Of a stretch of DNA of 32,000 nt, positions 8,803-17,758 are shown one piece after another. The notes beneath the pieces were generated by a model. It was not told the DNA's origin, ran no database searches, and saw nothing but the letters and a program-made list of their open reading frames with translations. Numbering within the stretch: position 1 is the first letter of the stretch; each line of letters opens with the position of its first letter. The DNA is from Promethearchaeum syntrophicum (GTDB lineage: Archaea > Asgardarchaeota > Lokiarchaeia > Sigyniarchaeales > Promethearchaeaceae), in assembly GCF_008000775.2 (NCBI RefSeq), contig NZ_CP042905.2, positions 1,290,001 to 1,322,000 on the forward strand. Reading direction: 5' to 3'. Made by a program: the position numbers and the translations under genes.

Positions 8803-9261
8803 ATGCCTCGTGCTCATTCAGAAAAAAATGAACCTAATCAAAAAGAAATACTGGGGAAAATTGCCCAGATCAAGGAGATGAATAGTAATTTCCTAAATCT
8901 TATTGGGAAACTTGAATACATTCCCAGAGATAAATTGGTCGAATTGGATTATTTAAAAAAATGTGAGAAGCATGCACCGTGGTTAGAGAAATCATTAAAA
9001 CTTAAGAATAAAAATGGAGAAATTATTGAAGAAAATGAAATGGAGGATATTTTATCCGATAGGCAAAATCTATTAAAAAAACTGTTAGTAAATATAGAAT
9101 CTTCTCCTAAGAAGCGAAACCAATTCATTAAACAGTTTTTAGAGCAAAATTCTTTAATAGAAAAAGCAGATAGAGAAATACTGATCAAAAGCTATGAAAG
9201 TCTTTCCAGTGAAAAGCTAGAAAAGGAGCTTAATAACATTTTAGAAATTTTTGGAAAGTGA
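8803..9261 (+). CDS. Hypothetical charged helical protein (likely start at internal Met 8803, not 8671)
   Basis: Sequence from MPRAHSEKNEPNQKEILGKIAQIKEM is soluble and charged. The 44 codons before it are AT-rich, Phe/Leu-rich and look like non-coding leader. Confidence 0.5.
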   Translation: MPRAHSEKNEPNQKEILGKIAQIKEMNSNFLNLIGKLEYIPRDKLVELDYLKKCEKHAPWLEKSLKLKNKNGEIIEENEMEDILSDRQNLLKKLLVNIESSPKKRNQFIKQFLEQNSLIEKADREILIKSYESLSSEKLEKELNNILEIFGK

Positions 9262-9297
9262 GATTACTTAAAGAAGTGAAATTGAAGAAATTGAGGA

Positions 9298-10371
9298 ATG
9301 TTCATGGACATAGGTAAAGCAATTGCTGAATTAAAAAAATTTATTGGCATTTTAGAGAAAAACTCTACATCCTCTTCATCTTCTTCAAAATTCATATTCC
9401 ATCGTTACCTTGGAGGGAATTTAGACTCAATAGACTCGAAAATAGGAGAGATATTCTTTATTTTACAATCTTCGATAACAATGTCTAAAGAAGGACTGAC
9501 TTCTACGGAAGTAAATAAAATTATAGACCATAAAATTCATTCTAATTCATTTTTACTACCCTCAGATTCAGAATTTACTCCAATTCTAAATTATTTTTTT
9601 AGAAATCGAGATGAATTTACTAAAGAACAAAATGAAATAATCTCATTTTTGCATGAAAAAATACAAAATCTTCAAAATTCTATCTGGATTGAAAATAGCA
9701 ACGTTTTTTCTTTTGGAAATAGGAATTCAATTCAACCTGATTGTACAATCAATTTTATGGAAAAAAATGATAATTTAGCGTTTATTTTCCAAATAAACAA
9801 TCTCAATTTACTATTCAATGAATCCAAAGAGATTAGTATTCTAAATAAAAAAATATCTCTTTTAAATAAAAAAATTGAGAGAAATCATCGAAAAGAAAAT
9901 GTTGAAAAAACATTTGAAGACAAGCAAGAATCCTACGAAAAAACTATCCAAAAATTAAACAATGATTTAATTTCTACAAAAAATGAATTCAAATCGAAAA
10001 TTGCTCAATTGTATCAAAATTTACAACGTATAGAATCTGAAAACGCAGAATCTATTTCAGAAAATAAGCAATTAAAACTTGAAAATCAAAATTTTCGGGA
10101 ATCAATTCAAAAATTAGAGGAAGAGTGTCAAAATTTAAAAGACGAAAAAGACGTTTTTAATGAAGAAAACGAGATGCTAAGAGAAAATATCGAAGAAAGT
10201 AACCTTAAGATTTCGGATTTATCGGAAGAAATAAAAAATCTTGAAATCTTAAATTCTGAACTCAAAAGTTCTAATACTGAACTTTCTGATAAAAATGAAG
10301 CACTTGAAGTTAAAATTAAAAAGAAAATCTTGAAGATCAAGGAAATCTTAAATGAATGGACGAGTAACTAG
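9298..10371 (+). CDS. Coiled-coil protein (Asgard-type, unknown N-terminal domain)
   Basis: Long heptad-rich C-terminal half (about 9815-10340) rich in E/K/L/N/S without helix breakers; globular-looking N-terminal ~170 aa. Confidence 0.75.
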   Translation: MFMDIGKAIAELKKFIGILEKNSTSSSSSSKFIFHRYLGGNLDSIDSKIGEIFFILQSSITMSKEGLTSTEVNKIIDHKIHSNSFLLPSDSEFTPILNYFFRNRDEFTKEQNEIISFLHEKIQNLQNSIWIENSNVFSFGNRNSIQPDCTINFMEKNDNLAFIFQINNLNLLFNESKEISILNKKISLLNKKIERNHRKENVEKTFEDKQESYEKTIQKLNNDLISTKNEFKSKIAQLYQNLQRIESENAESISENKQLKLENQNFRESIQKLEEECQNLKDEKDVFNEENEMLRENIEESNLKISDLSEEIKNLEILNSELKSSNTELSDKNEALEVKIKKKILKIKEILNEWTSN

Positions 10372-10382
10372 AGGTTATTAAT

Positions 10383-11798
10383 ATGACGCGTGAAGCAATC
10401 AATAAATTATATGATATTTATCAAAAAATTAATAGTTTTAAAAAAATCACTCCGGGATTTGGATTCTTTTTCAAACGTTATGAAATCAAAGGTAAGAATT
10501 CATTCTTACTTGTTGTTATGGAACCCCCTCATTATCGCACAAAAGGTAAACTCAAAGATTTTGAAAAAGTTATAAATAAAAGTCTTTCTCGTAATAAATT
10601 AATTTTACCGAAAGATTTCCCTTATCTTTACAATTATCTATTAACAGAATTCAATCAATATATTACACCTAGAGATGAAATTCTTAACAAAATAAAACGT
10701 ATAATTGCCAGTTTAAGATTAAACTTTTTTGAAGATACTAATATGAAATATTCCTTTATTTCTAGCATGTTCCCCGAGATTATTGTTTTTGATACGGTTA
10801 GTCAAAAAGGCCAATTTGCTATATATTTTAATATAGTAAATTTAGTTGAAGATGGTTTAATTTTAGCACATGAAAGGCAATTAAATTTTCTATACGAACA
10901 AATAGAAAGGGGAGTAAATCCAACAAGTATAGTTGATACAGATCTACCAGATTTACGTAGTGGAAATACAGCATTTTCATTCTCAAGAAATAAAAATAGA
11001 CAAAAATCCAGAGAAAAAAGGGGGGCTGTTAAAAAATTCCGACAAGTTGTTAATAAAAAGGTATCTAAAGAAGAAATTGAGACAGAACTTGATTACGAAA
11101 CAGTCATAGATTTCAATCCGAGTCAAAAAACAAAGAAAAATATTGGAAATGAAAAGAAATTAGTTAGAAAAGGATTATTTGGTCAACCTTTACCTGCTAG
11201 TTTGAAAAATAGTGAAAAAACCATACCACAATCTAAATCGGAACCTGTAACTGATCCTATACCTCCTATCGATTCTTCCGCACCCGATTTTAATGATCAA
11301 ACAATTATTACCAAGCAATCCAACCTTGCGGTACTTGAAGAGCTTGAGAAAAAAATTGATATTTTAGAGAAAGAAAATATTGATTTAGATGAGATTAAAG
11401 ATAAAAATGACCTTCTTGTTAACCAAATTACTCAAATTACAGATGAATTGACCACAAAACTCCAAGAAAAAGATAACCAATTAAAAGAAATAAAAATTCA
11501 GTTAGAGAAAGAACAGAATATTAGGAAAAACCTAGAAATTGAAATTCAGAGAATAGAACAAGAAAAAAATGTTGCTTTTGATGCAATAGAGGAGCAAGTT
11601 CAAGATTTAGTTGATGAAAACGCCTCCTTATTAAAATCTATTGAAAAAAATGAATTAACTCGAAAAGAATTGGAATTGATTATAGAAGAGATAAAAAATG
11701 CAAGAATTAAAGATGAAGAAATAAACAATGAAATTATTACTACATTGAAAGAAGAAATTCAAATTTTAAATAAAAAGATTAATAATGAAAGAGAGTAA
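10383..11798 (+). CDS. Protein with globular ~200 aa N-terminal domain, basic/Pro linker and C-terminal coiled coil
   Basis: N-terminus GFGFFFKRYEIKGKNSFLLVVMEPPHYR... followed by a linker and a heptad-rich region from about 11336 to the end. Starts 12 bp after the preceding coiled-coil ORF. Confidence 0.75.
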   Translation: MTREAINKLYDIYQKINSFKKITPGFGFFFKRYEIKGKNSFLLVVMEPPHYRTKGKLKDFEKVINKSLSRNKLILPKDFPYLYNYLLTEFNQYITPRDEILNKIKRIIASLRLNFFEDTNMKYSFISSMFPEIIVFDTVSQKGQFAIYFNIVNLVEDGLILAHERQLNFLYEQIERGVNPTSIVDTDLPDLRSGNTAFSFSRNKNRQKSREKRGAVKKFRQVVNKKVSKEEIETELDYETVIDFNPSQKTKKNIGNEKKLVRKGLFGQPLPASLKNSEKTIPQSKSEPVTDPIPPIDSSAPDFNDQTIITKQSNLAVLEELEKKIDILEKENIDLDEIKDKNDLLVNQITQITDELTTKLQEKDNQLKEIKIQLEKEQNIRKNLEIEIQRIEQEKNVAFDAIEEQVQDLVDENASLLKSIEKNELTRKELELIIEEIKNARIKDEEINNEIITTLKEEIQILNKKINNERE

Positions 11799-11807
11799 TG
11801 CATCCGC

Positions 11808-12521
11808 CTATAAATCTAAAATATCCAGATCTTTTTCTTCTTTCATCCCATTTTCTCCCAGAACGCCATTATCCTTAAGAGTAATTGCAAGTTTTTTTAC
11901 TGATTTTTTTATTATATCTTCGTTATTAGACCCAGTCACAATTATTCTCCCTGAGCTAAAAATTAAAAAACATATTTTTGGATCTGCAATCTTATAAATT
12001 AAACCTGGAAATACTTCAGGTTCATAGATGGCTGAGTCAAGAATCAATGATGTGATGTCTAAATTTATCGATTGGTGAAAATCTCCACGAACAACGATAT
12101 TTTCAATTTTAACAATAGGTTCTTCTTCAATTTTAATTCCGGCTTTCTCAATTCTGCCAACAATTTTGGAAACCACTATGGGAATATCTCTAGGCAATCT
12201 TACACCTGTACATACTAGCTTACCTGATGCAAAAATTAAGATTGTAGCTTTAGGTATATTAATTTTAGCAACTAGACCAGGGAAATTATTTTTTTTTTCA
12301 ATATCTTTGTATTTTTCTAGTATTTTTTCAAGAGAAAGTTCAATGCCTAAATTGATAGAGGCAACAACATTCTCAATTCGAAGAGAAACTTTGTTTTTCT
12401 TTGAAATTGAGCTTGTTTTTTGATCTTGAATGGATGTTTTTCCCAATAAATTCTCCCCTAAAATGGAAGTTTTTTTGAACGAATAAGGATTTGGGTTGAG
12501 AAAAATTGGAACTAGACACAT
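11808..12521 (-). CDS. tbp: TATA-box-binding protein (canonical-like) with N-terminal extension
   Basis: RIENVVASINLGIELSLEKI...NNFPGLVAKINIPKATILIFASGKLVCTG and KIENIVVRGDFHQSINLD...YEPEVFPGLIYKIADPKICFLIFSSGRIIVTG. Confidence 0.93.
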   Translation of the reverse strand: MCLVPIFLNPNPYSFKKTSILGENLLGKTSIQDQKTSSISKKNKVSLRIENVVASINLGIELSLEKILEKYKDIEKKNNFPGLVAKINIPKATILIFASGKLVCTGVRLPRDIPIVVSKIVGRIEKAGIKIEEEPIVKIENIVVRGDFHQSINLDITSLILDSAIYEPEVFPGLIYKIADPKICFLIFSSGRIIVTGSNNEDIIKKSVKKLAITLKDNGVLGENGMKEEKDLDILDL

Positions 12522-12587
12522 CTGTTAAATATATGATTTTAAAATTAGAATCATAATTAATCAATTTTTTATTGAGAATCATTTGAA

Positions 12588-13121
12588 TTATTTTTCATCA
12601 ATTTCATTAATCAAAAAATCTGCAATATAGTTGAATATAGAATCAATATTTTCCCCCGATTTGGCTGAACTATAAAAAATTTTTGTATTTTTATAAATTT
12701 TCTCCAAATCTTCAATAGATTTTTGTAAATCTTTTAAATCTATAAGGTCAGACTTGTTTACTACGATAATATAAGGGCAATTTGGAGGGCTGTTTGCTTT
12801 AACATCTGTAATCCATGGTTCAATAAAATTTTTTGGCTCTAATCGATTTACATCTACAACAATAATTACCAGGTTAGCATGTTGGAGATAATGACTGCGT
12901 ATCTTCTCAAAATTTCTTTGTGAGGCAATATCCCAAACAACAAGGCCTAAATTTATCTCTTTATTATTTTGGAGGGATTTTTTCTCAATTTCATAAAAAT
13001 CACAGCCTAAGGTCATCAAATAACTATTGGAGAATGTTCCTTGAGTATACCTAATTATAATTGATGTTTTTCCAACACCATCGGAACCAATTAAACAAAT
13101 TTTTTTTTTCCAAGTTTCCAT
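12588..13121 (-). CDS. Ras/Rab-like small GTPase with non-canonical G3 motif
   Basis: G1 GSDGVGKTS, switch-like TLGCDF, G3 WDIASQ (canonical WDTAGQ), G4 NKSD, G5 SSAKSG. Confidence 0.9.
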   Translation of the reverse strand: METWKKKICLIGSDGVGKTSIIIRYTQGTFSNSYLMTLGCDFYEIEKKSLQNNKEINLGLVVWDIASQRNFEKIRSHYLQHANLVIIVVDVNRLEPKNFIEPWITDVKANSPPNCPYIIVVNKSDLIDLKDLQKSIEDLEKIYKNTKIFYSSAKSGENIDSIFNYIADFLINEIDEK

Positions 13122-13149
13122 TAAAAATTAACCATTTTTTTCTTTTTTT

Positions 13150-14643
13150 TTATACTATCGGAATCAAACTAATCTGCGGATAACCCAAAGAGAAATCGTT
13201 TTCCATATAATATAACTGTGTTCGGGGTTTTATTCCATATATAAAAATTGCACCGTTTTGTTCGAGAATCTTTAAATGGGTATCCGCCACATAAGATAAA
13301 TCATTTGTAAGTGTACCTAAAGGAGATGATGCATTGATTGCTGAACGTGTTGAATTTATTATGCCTAACTCTATTACATTACTATTTCTGATTTTCGTAA
13401 TATGTTCGTCGAATTTACTGATTGCTTTATTAAAATCTACCATAAAAGTTAAAGTATTATATGAAACTGCGGCAAAAACTGGTTGAAATTTCGTAATACT
13501 TGATAATTTTGCATACGTATCAAAAAAGATTTCGTTAAAATTCTCTTTGTCAATTTGTGTTATATATGGTCTTATTTCATTTCGATCTGATAATTTTTCC
13601 ATCAAAATTCGCATGTTTTTGCTTATCGCATCAGTTTTTAGATGTAAAAATAATCTTTTCTTATCAATCAATTCAGAATTTATACCGTCTGTTGTATGGA
13701 CAATTATACCTCGATTTTGCTGAATATAATTACATATCATCGCAATTACTATTGGAGAATATGATGTAATAGGTACATTAGATTCTATTTCTAAGAGATT
13801 AAATGTCCCTTGTTTAAGACCTCCATGATAAAGGCGATCTAAAGATTTATTTCCTGTTGAAAACAGATCATCTGTATCGGAAGTTGTATTCCAAGGAAGA
13901 ATTTCAGTGGGTTTAATATCTTGGAATGGTTTTAAATATTGAAATTTATTATTAAAGAGAGTAAAAACATATTTTTTTTGATTTCTCTCAATTGCTCGAA
14001 TTTTATTAACTTCAATGGTGCGAATAGTTCTTCCATCTACTGAATCATCACGAAGAGTAAAAATACCATCTACAATATAATCCAAAAATCCAATTTCATC
14101 AGATTCCGCGATTAATATCAGTTTGGCATTTGTTTGTCTAACGAATTCTGAAAAGAGAGTCTCAATATTTTCCTTATTTTCACCTTCTTGACCCATAATA
14201 GCATCCCATGAATCTATAACAATAATTGGATGTTCATATTGTGCAATTTTCTCATAGACTATTTTTAAAAATTCTGGAATAGAAGAAAAACGAATTGTTC
14301 TCATTAGATGGGCTTTCATTAGTGTTCCATCGGGATCTTGTCGATTGGCAGGAGGAATATATGTTCTTGTTGCATCAATAATGTTTTCAGTTTTTAACCG
14401 TTTTTTCAACCAAGGAAATTGAGAAAAAAGACTTAGGGGAGCTACTCTCGTGGATAAATAAATTGGCTCGAAATCCTTGAAAACATCAAGTAGAGTTAAA
14501 GCAAAGGTTGTTTTCCCTGCTCCCGCTTTCCCTTTAAGAAGGATATTATAGCCCGTATCTTTTAATTCGAAGGCATCCATGATTTCGGGAGGAATTATAT
14601 TTTTTCGATAAATCTTCGCACCCTTACTTTTTTTTGCATTCAT
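13150..14643 (-). CDS. RecA-superfamily (KaiC/GvpD-like) ATPase with degenerate second RecA-like domain
   Basis: Walker A GKAGAGKTT and Walker B IIVIDSWDAI in the first half. KaiC-like STGNKSLDRLYHGGLKQGTFNLLEIESNVPITS in the second half lacks a P-loop. Confidence 0.8.
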   Translation of the reverse strand: MNAKKSKGAKIYRKNIIPPEIMDAFELKDTGYNILLKGKAGAGKTTFALTLLDVFKDFEPIYLSTRVAPLSLFSQFPWLKKRLKTENIIDATRTYIPPANRQDPDGTLMKAHLMRTIRFSSIPEFLKIVYEKIAQYEHPIIVIDSWDAIMGQEGENKENIETLFSEFVRQTNAKLILIAESDEIGFLDYIVDGIFTLRDDSVDGRTIRTIEVNKIRAIERNQKKYVFTLFNNKFQYLKPFQDIKPTEILPWNTTSDTDDLFSTGNKSLDRLYHGGLKQGTFNLLEIESNVPITSYSPIVIAMICNYIQQNRGIIVHTTDGINSELIDKKRLFLHLKTDAISKNMRILMEKLSDRNEIRPYITQIDKENFNEIFFDTYAKLSSITKFQPVFAAVSYNTLTFMVDFNKAISKFDEHITKIRNSNVIELGIINSTRSAINASSPLGTLTNDLSYVADTHLKILEQNGAIFIYGIKPRTQLYYMENDFSLGYPQISLIPIV

Positions 14644-14972
14644 ATATTACAAATTATAATTTTTATTGTGTTAAAAATCTTCAACATTAATTTTAAGTAA
14701 AAAATTATTGAAAATATCTATTTTTTTCTGGTTATTTTAATTCTTATAAGCGTTCATTTGCGAATTATCAAAATTTTTTCTAAGAATATCGATTTAGTTT
14801 GGCTATTTTTGATCAATTAATCTTATTAAATTCATAGAAACCACTTTCTAAGGATTTTAATTAGAAGTTTTTTCTTTCATTTTTGTAATCGCGATTAATT
14901 ATTCACTTTATTTTGAAATTACTGTTTAATCTTGTTGTAAAAAAATTAATAAAATGCACAATTTACAAATTT

Positions 14973-16442
14973 ATGTCCAATGATAAAATCGAAGAAGATA
15001 TGGAATTCGATTTAACACCAATTTTTAGACCGGAATCCGCAGTAGTTGTTGGTTTGTCTCAGAAAAACCCCTTTCACCCTGGAAATGCAATGTTTACAAA
15101 GAATCTCATGGAAATGGAAGTGAAAACATATGGTGTAGCCCCAAAATACAAAACCATAGAGGGACATAAGATTTACAATTCAATTAATAGTTTGCCACAA
15201 ATTCCTGATTTGGCAATTCTAGCAGTAAGTTCAAGACATACACTGCCTGTGATAAAAGAAGCTGCTGAATTTGGGATTAAAGGAGCAATTATTGTTGGGG
15301 GAGGGTTTGCAGAGACGGGTAAAGAAGGAAAAAAAATTCAAGATGAAATTGTAAAAATTTGTAGGGATAATAATATGCCTTTTATCGGTCCTAATTGCGT
15401 GGGTGTATATTCTCCTCCTGTTTTAGATACGCTATTTCTTCCTTCTGAAAGAATGACTAAACCAAAATCTGGGAATGTTGCCGTTATTTCTCAATCAGGT
15501 GGTGTGCTTGTTGATCAATTTTTCATAAATTTTGCAAAACGGGAAATTGGAATTAGCACTGCTGTTTCTGTTGGAAATAAAGCTATGATAAACGAAACCC
15601 ATTTGATTAAATATTTTGAAAAAGATCCAAAAACCGATGTTATTGCTTTATATTTAGAAGGATTTAATCATGGGGATGGAAGAAATTTCTGCATTAATGC
15701 AAGAAAAAGTAAAAAAGATATCGTTGTTTTTAGCGGAGGTAGAACATCTGCGGGAAAATCTGCAGCAGGTAGCCATACTGGGGCATTAGCGGCCGATAAT
15801 TCAATTATGTCTGGAGCTTTTAAACAATATTCAGTAATCAATCCTGAAACGGAAAATGAATTAAGAAATACGTTGAAAGTTTATTCTATGTTAGCAAATC
15901 CTTTTAGAAATTATTCAACAATGTCTATTCACGGAGATAAAATTGCAATATTAAGTGTATCGGGCGGTCATGGAGTTTTATGCTCAGATCTTCTTGAGAA
16001 ATACGATCTATCACTCACAAAATTCACCGAAAAACAAAAAGACGATATTGGATTCCTACTTAACCCCACTGCTTCAAAAATTGCTGGTCTTAATAATCCT
16101 ATTGATATTACAGGTTCTGGTGGAAACGAAGATATTGTGAATATTTTAGAATATTTATTGAACCAAAATAATATCGAAATGGTTCTTATTTTAATCGTAC
16201 CACAAGTGCCTCAGTTACTGATGACATTGGGCCGAGATATCGTTAATTTAGGTAACAAATACAAGAAACCAATTGTCGGATATGTTCCTTGGACTGAAAA
16301 ATTTGGTTTAATCAGAGAAGCTTTAGAGTTAAATCATATCCCATGTGGAAATACTATTGAAGAAGCAGTACAGATGGCAGCAGCAATTAAACTGAAAGGC
16401 GAAGGTGGAATTAGGAAGAAATTTTCGCATAATTCTTTATGA
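14973..16442 (+). CDS. Acyl-CoA synthetase (ADP/NDP-forming), alpha subunit (CoA-binding plus succinyl-CoA ligase-like); likely start at 14973
   Basis: ESAVVVGLSQKNPFHPGNAMFTKNL, GPNCVGVYSPP, VAVISQSGG, and phospho-His region SHTGALAADNSI. MSNDKIEEDMEF at 14973 is a better start than 14913. Confidence 0.88.
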   Translation: MSNDKIEEDMEFDLTPIFRPESAVVVGLSQKNPFHPGNAMFTKNLMEMEVKTYGVAPKYKTIEGHKIYNSINSLPQIPDLAILAVSSRHTLPVIKEAAEFGIKGAIIVGGGFAETGKEGKKIQDEIVKICRDNNMPFIGPNCVGVYSPPVLDTLFLPSERMTKPKSGNVAVISQSGGVLVDQFFINFAKREIGISTAVSVGNKAMINETHLIKYFEKDPKTDVIALYLEGFNHGDGRNFCINARKSKKDIVVFSGGRTSAGKSAAGSHTGALAADNSIMSGAFKQYSVINPETENELRNTLKVYSMLANPFRNYSTMSIHGDKIAILSVSGGHGVLCSDLLEKYDLSLTKFTEKQKDDIGFLLNPTASKIAGLNNPIDITGSGGNEDIVNILEYLLNQNNIEMVLILIVPQVPQLLMTLGRDIVNLGNKYKKPIVGYVPWTEKFGLIREALELNHIPCGNTIEEAVQMAAAIKLKGEGGIRKKFSHNSL

Positions 16443-16575
16443 TTTATTTTATATTTTTTTAACAGCTTTTTATAAATTTCACGTTTCTTTAGTTTTTTAG
16501 TCAAAATTTCTTTAAGTAAAAACATTCATCTATTAAAATAGTGGGTTTTTAAAAAATTAGAGAACTTAGAGTAGA

Positions 16576-17748
16576 ATGATTATGCTGGATGAAAAATACG
16601 TTTATGTTCCCTTTGAATCACTTTGGGAGTTTGAAAAAGATGCTTTCATATCAATGGGTGTTCCTGATGATGAAGCTAAAATTTGTGCAGATGTGCTATT
16701 TGAAGCAGATAAGAGAGGAATAGATAGCCACGGTGTTGGTCGATTGTTTATGTACTATGCTAGAATCAGGAGAAAACAGCAAAAAACAACAACAAAAATA
16801 ACTATTGAAAGAGAAAAAGAAGGTATTGCACGTCTTTCTGCTGATAATGGGATGGGGCAAGTCGTAAGTCATAAAGCTATGCAGATGGCCATTGATAAAG
16901 CAAAAAAATGCGGAATTGGGATGGTGACTGTTGGAGAATCAAACCATTATGGAATTGCTGGTTATTTCTCATTAATGGCATCTACCCAGGGATGTATTGG
17001 GATAAATGGAACTAATGCACGACCTTCAATTGCTCCAACTTGGGGTGTTGAACCTATGTTAGGGACAAATCCTCTAACGATAGCTTTACCTACTGATTGG
17101 GATTTCGATTGGTTTGTAGATCACGCCACATCTATAACTCAAAGAGGAAAAATTGAATGGTATGCAAGACTTAATAAACCCGTTCCAAAAGGATGGGTGA
17201 TTAATGCTTCGGGCGAAAATCCCACAGATTCAAAGATAATATTAAAGGACATGCTTGCTAAAAAAGCCGCTCTTGCTCCATTAGGTGGAAGTGGTGAAGA
17301 ATTAGGAGGTTATAAAGGATATAATTATGCAACATTCGTTGAAATTCTTTCTACAGCCCTTAGTTCAGCAAATTTTCTACAACATTGTCTTGGGTTCCAT
17401 ATGGATGGTGATAAGCAAGTATTTGATCCATATCGGCTTGGACATTTCTTCATTGCTATAGATATTGAGGCATTTACCGATTTGGATAAGTTTAAAAAAA
17501 TAACCGGAGATATTTTTAGGGAAATTGCAAATTCAAAGAAACAACCTGGAGCAGATCATATTTTTATTGCAGGAGAAAAGGAGTATGTAATAGAATTGGA
17601 AAGGAGTAAAAATGGAGTTCCAATATCTGAAGCAACTCAACTTCAAATGCAACAAATGATTGCAGAATTGAAAATGGATGAATCAAAATATGATATTAAG
17701 TGGACCACTAAGTATGATGCTGACGCTGTCGATTCCCAAGGCTGGTAA
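16576..17748 (+). CDS. Malate/L-lactate/sulfolactate dehydrogenase family (LDH2/MDG2 type) NAD(P)-dependent oxidoreductase
   Basis: DEAKICADVLFEADKRGIDSHGVGRL, ESNHYGIAGYFSLMA, GTNPLTIALP, GYKGYNYATFVEILSTALS. Confidence 0.9.
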   Translation: MIMLDEKYVYVPFESLWEFEKDAFISMGVPDDEAKICADVLFEADKRGIDSHGVGRLFMYYARIRRKQQKTTTKITIEREKEGIARLSADNGMGQVVSHKAMQMAIDKAKKCGIGMVTVGESNHYGIAGYFSLMASTQGCIGINGTNARPSIAPTWGVEPMLGTNPLTIALPTDWDFDWFVDHATSITQRGKIEWYARLNKPVPKGWVINASGENPTDSKIILKDMLAKKAALAPLGGSGEELGGYKGYNYATFVEILSTALSSANFLQHCLGFHMDGDKQVFDPYRLGHFFIAIDIEAFTDLDKFKKITGDIFREIANSKKQPGADHIFIAGEKEYVIELERSKNGVPISEATQLQMQQMIAELKMDESKYDIKWTTKYDADAVDSQGW

Positions 17749-17758
17749 TCTCTTTTTT

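Noticed and set aside
12373-12582. 69 aa minus-strand ORF overlapping the TBP start
   Set aside because: Out-of-frame overlap with TBP coding sequence; no recognisable protein features.
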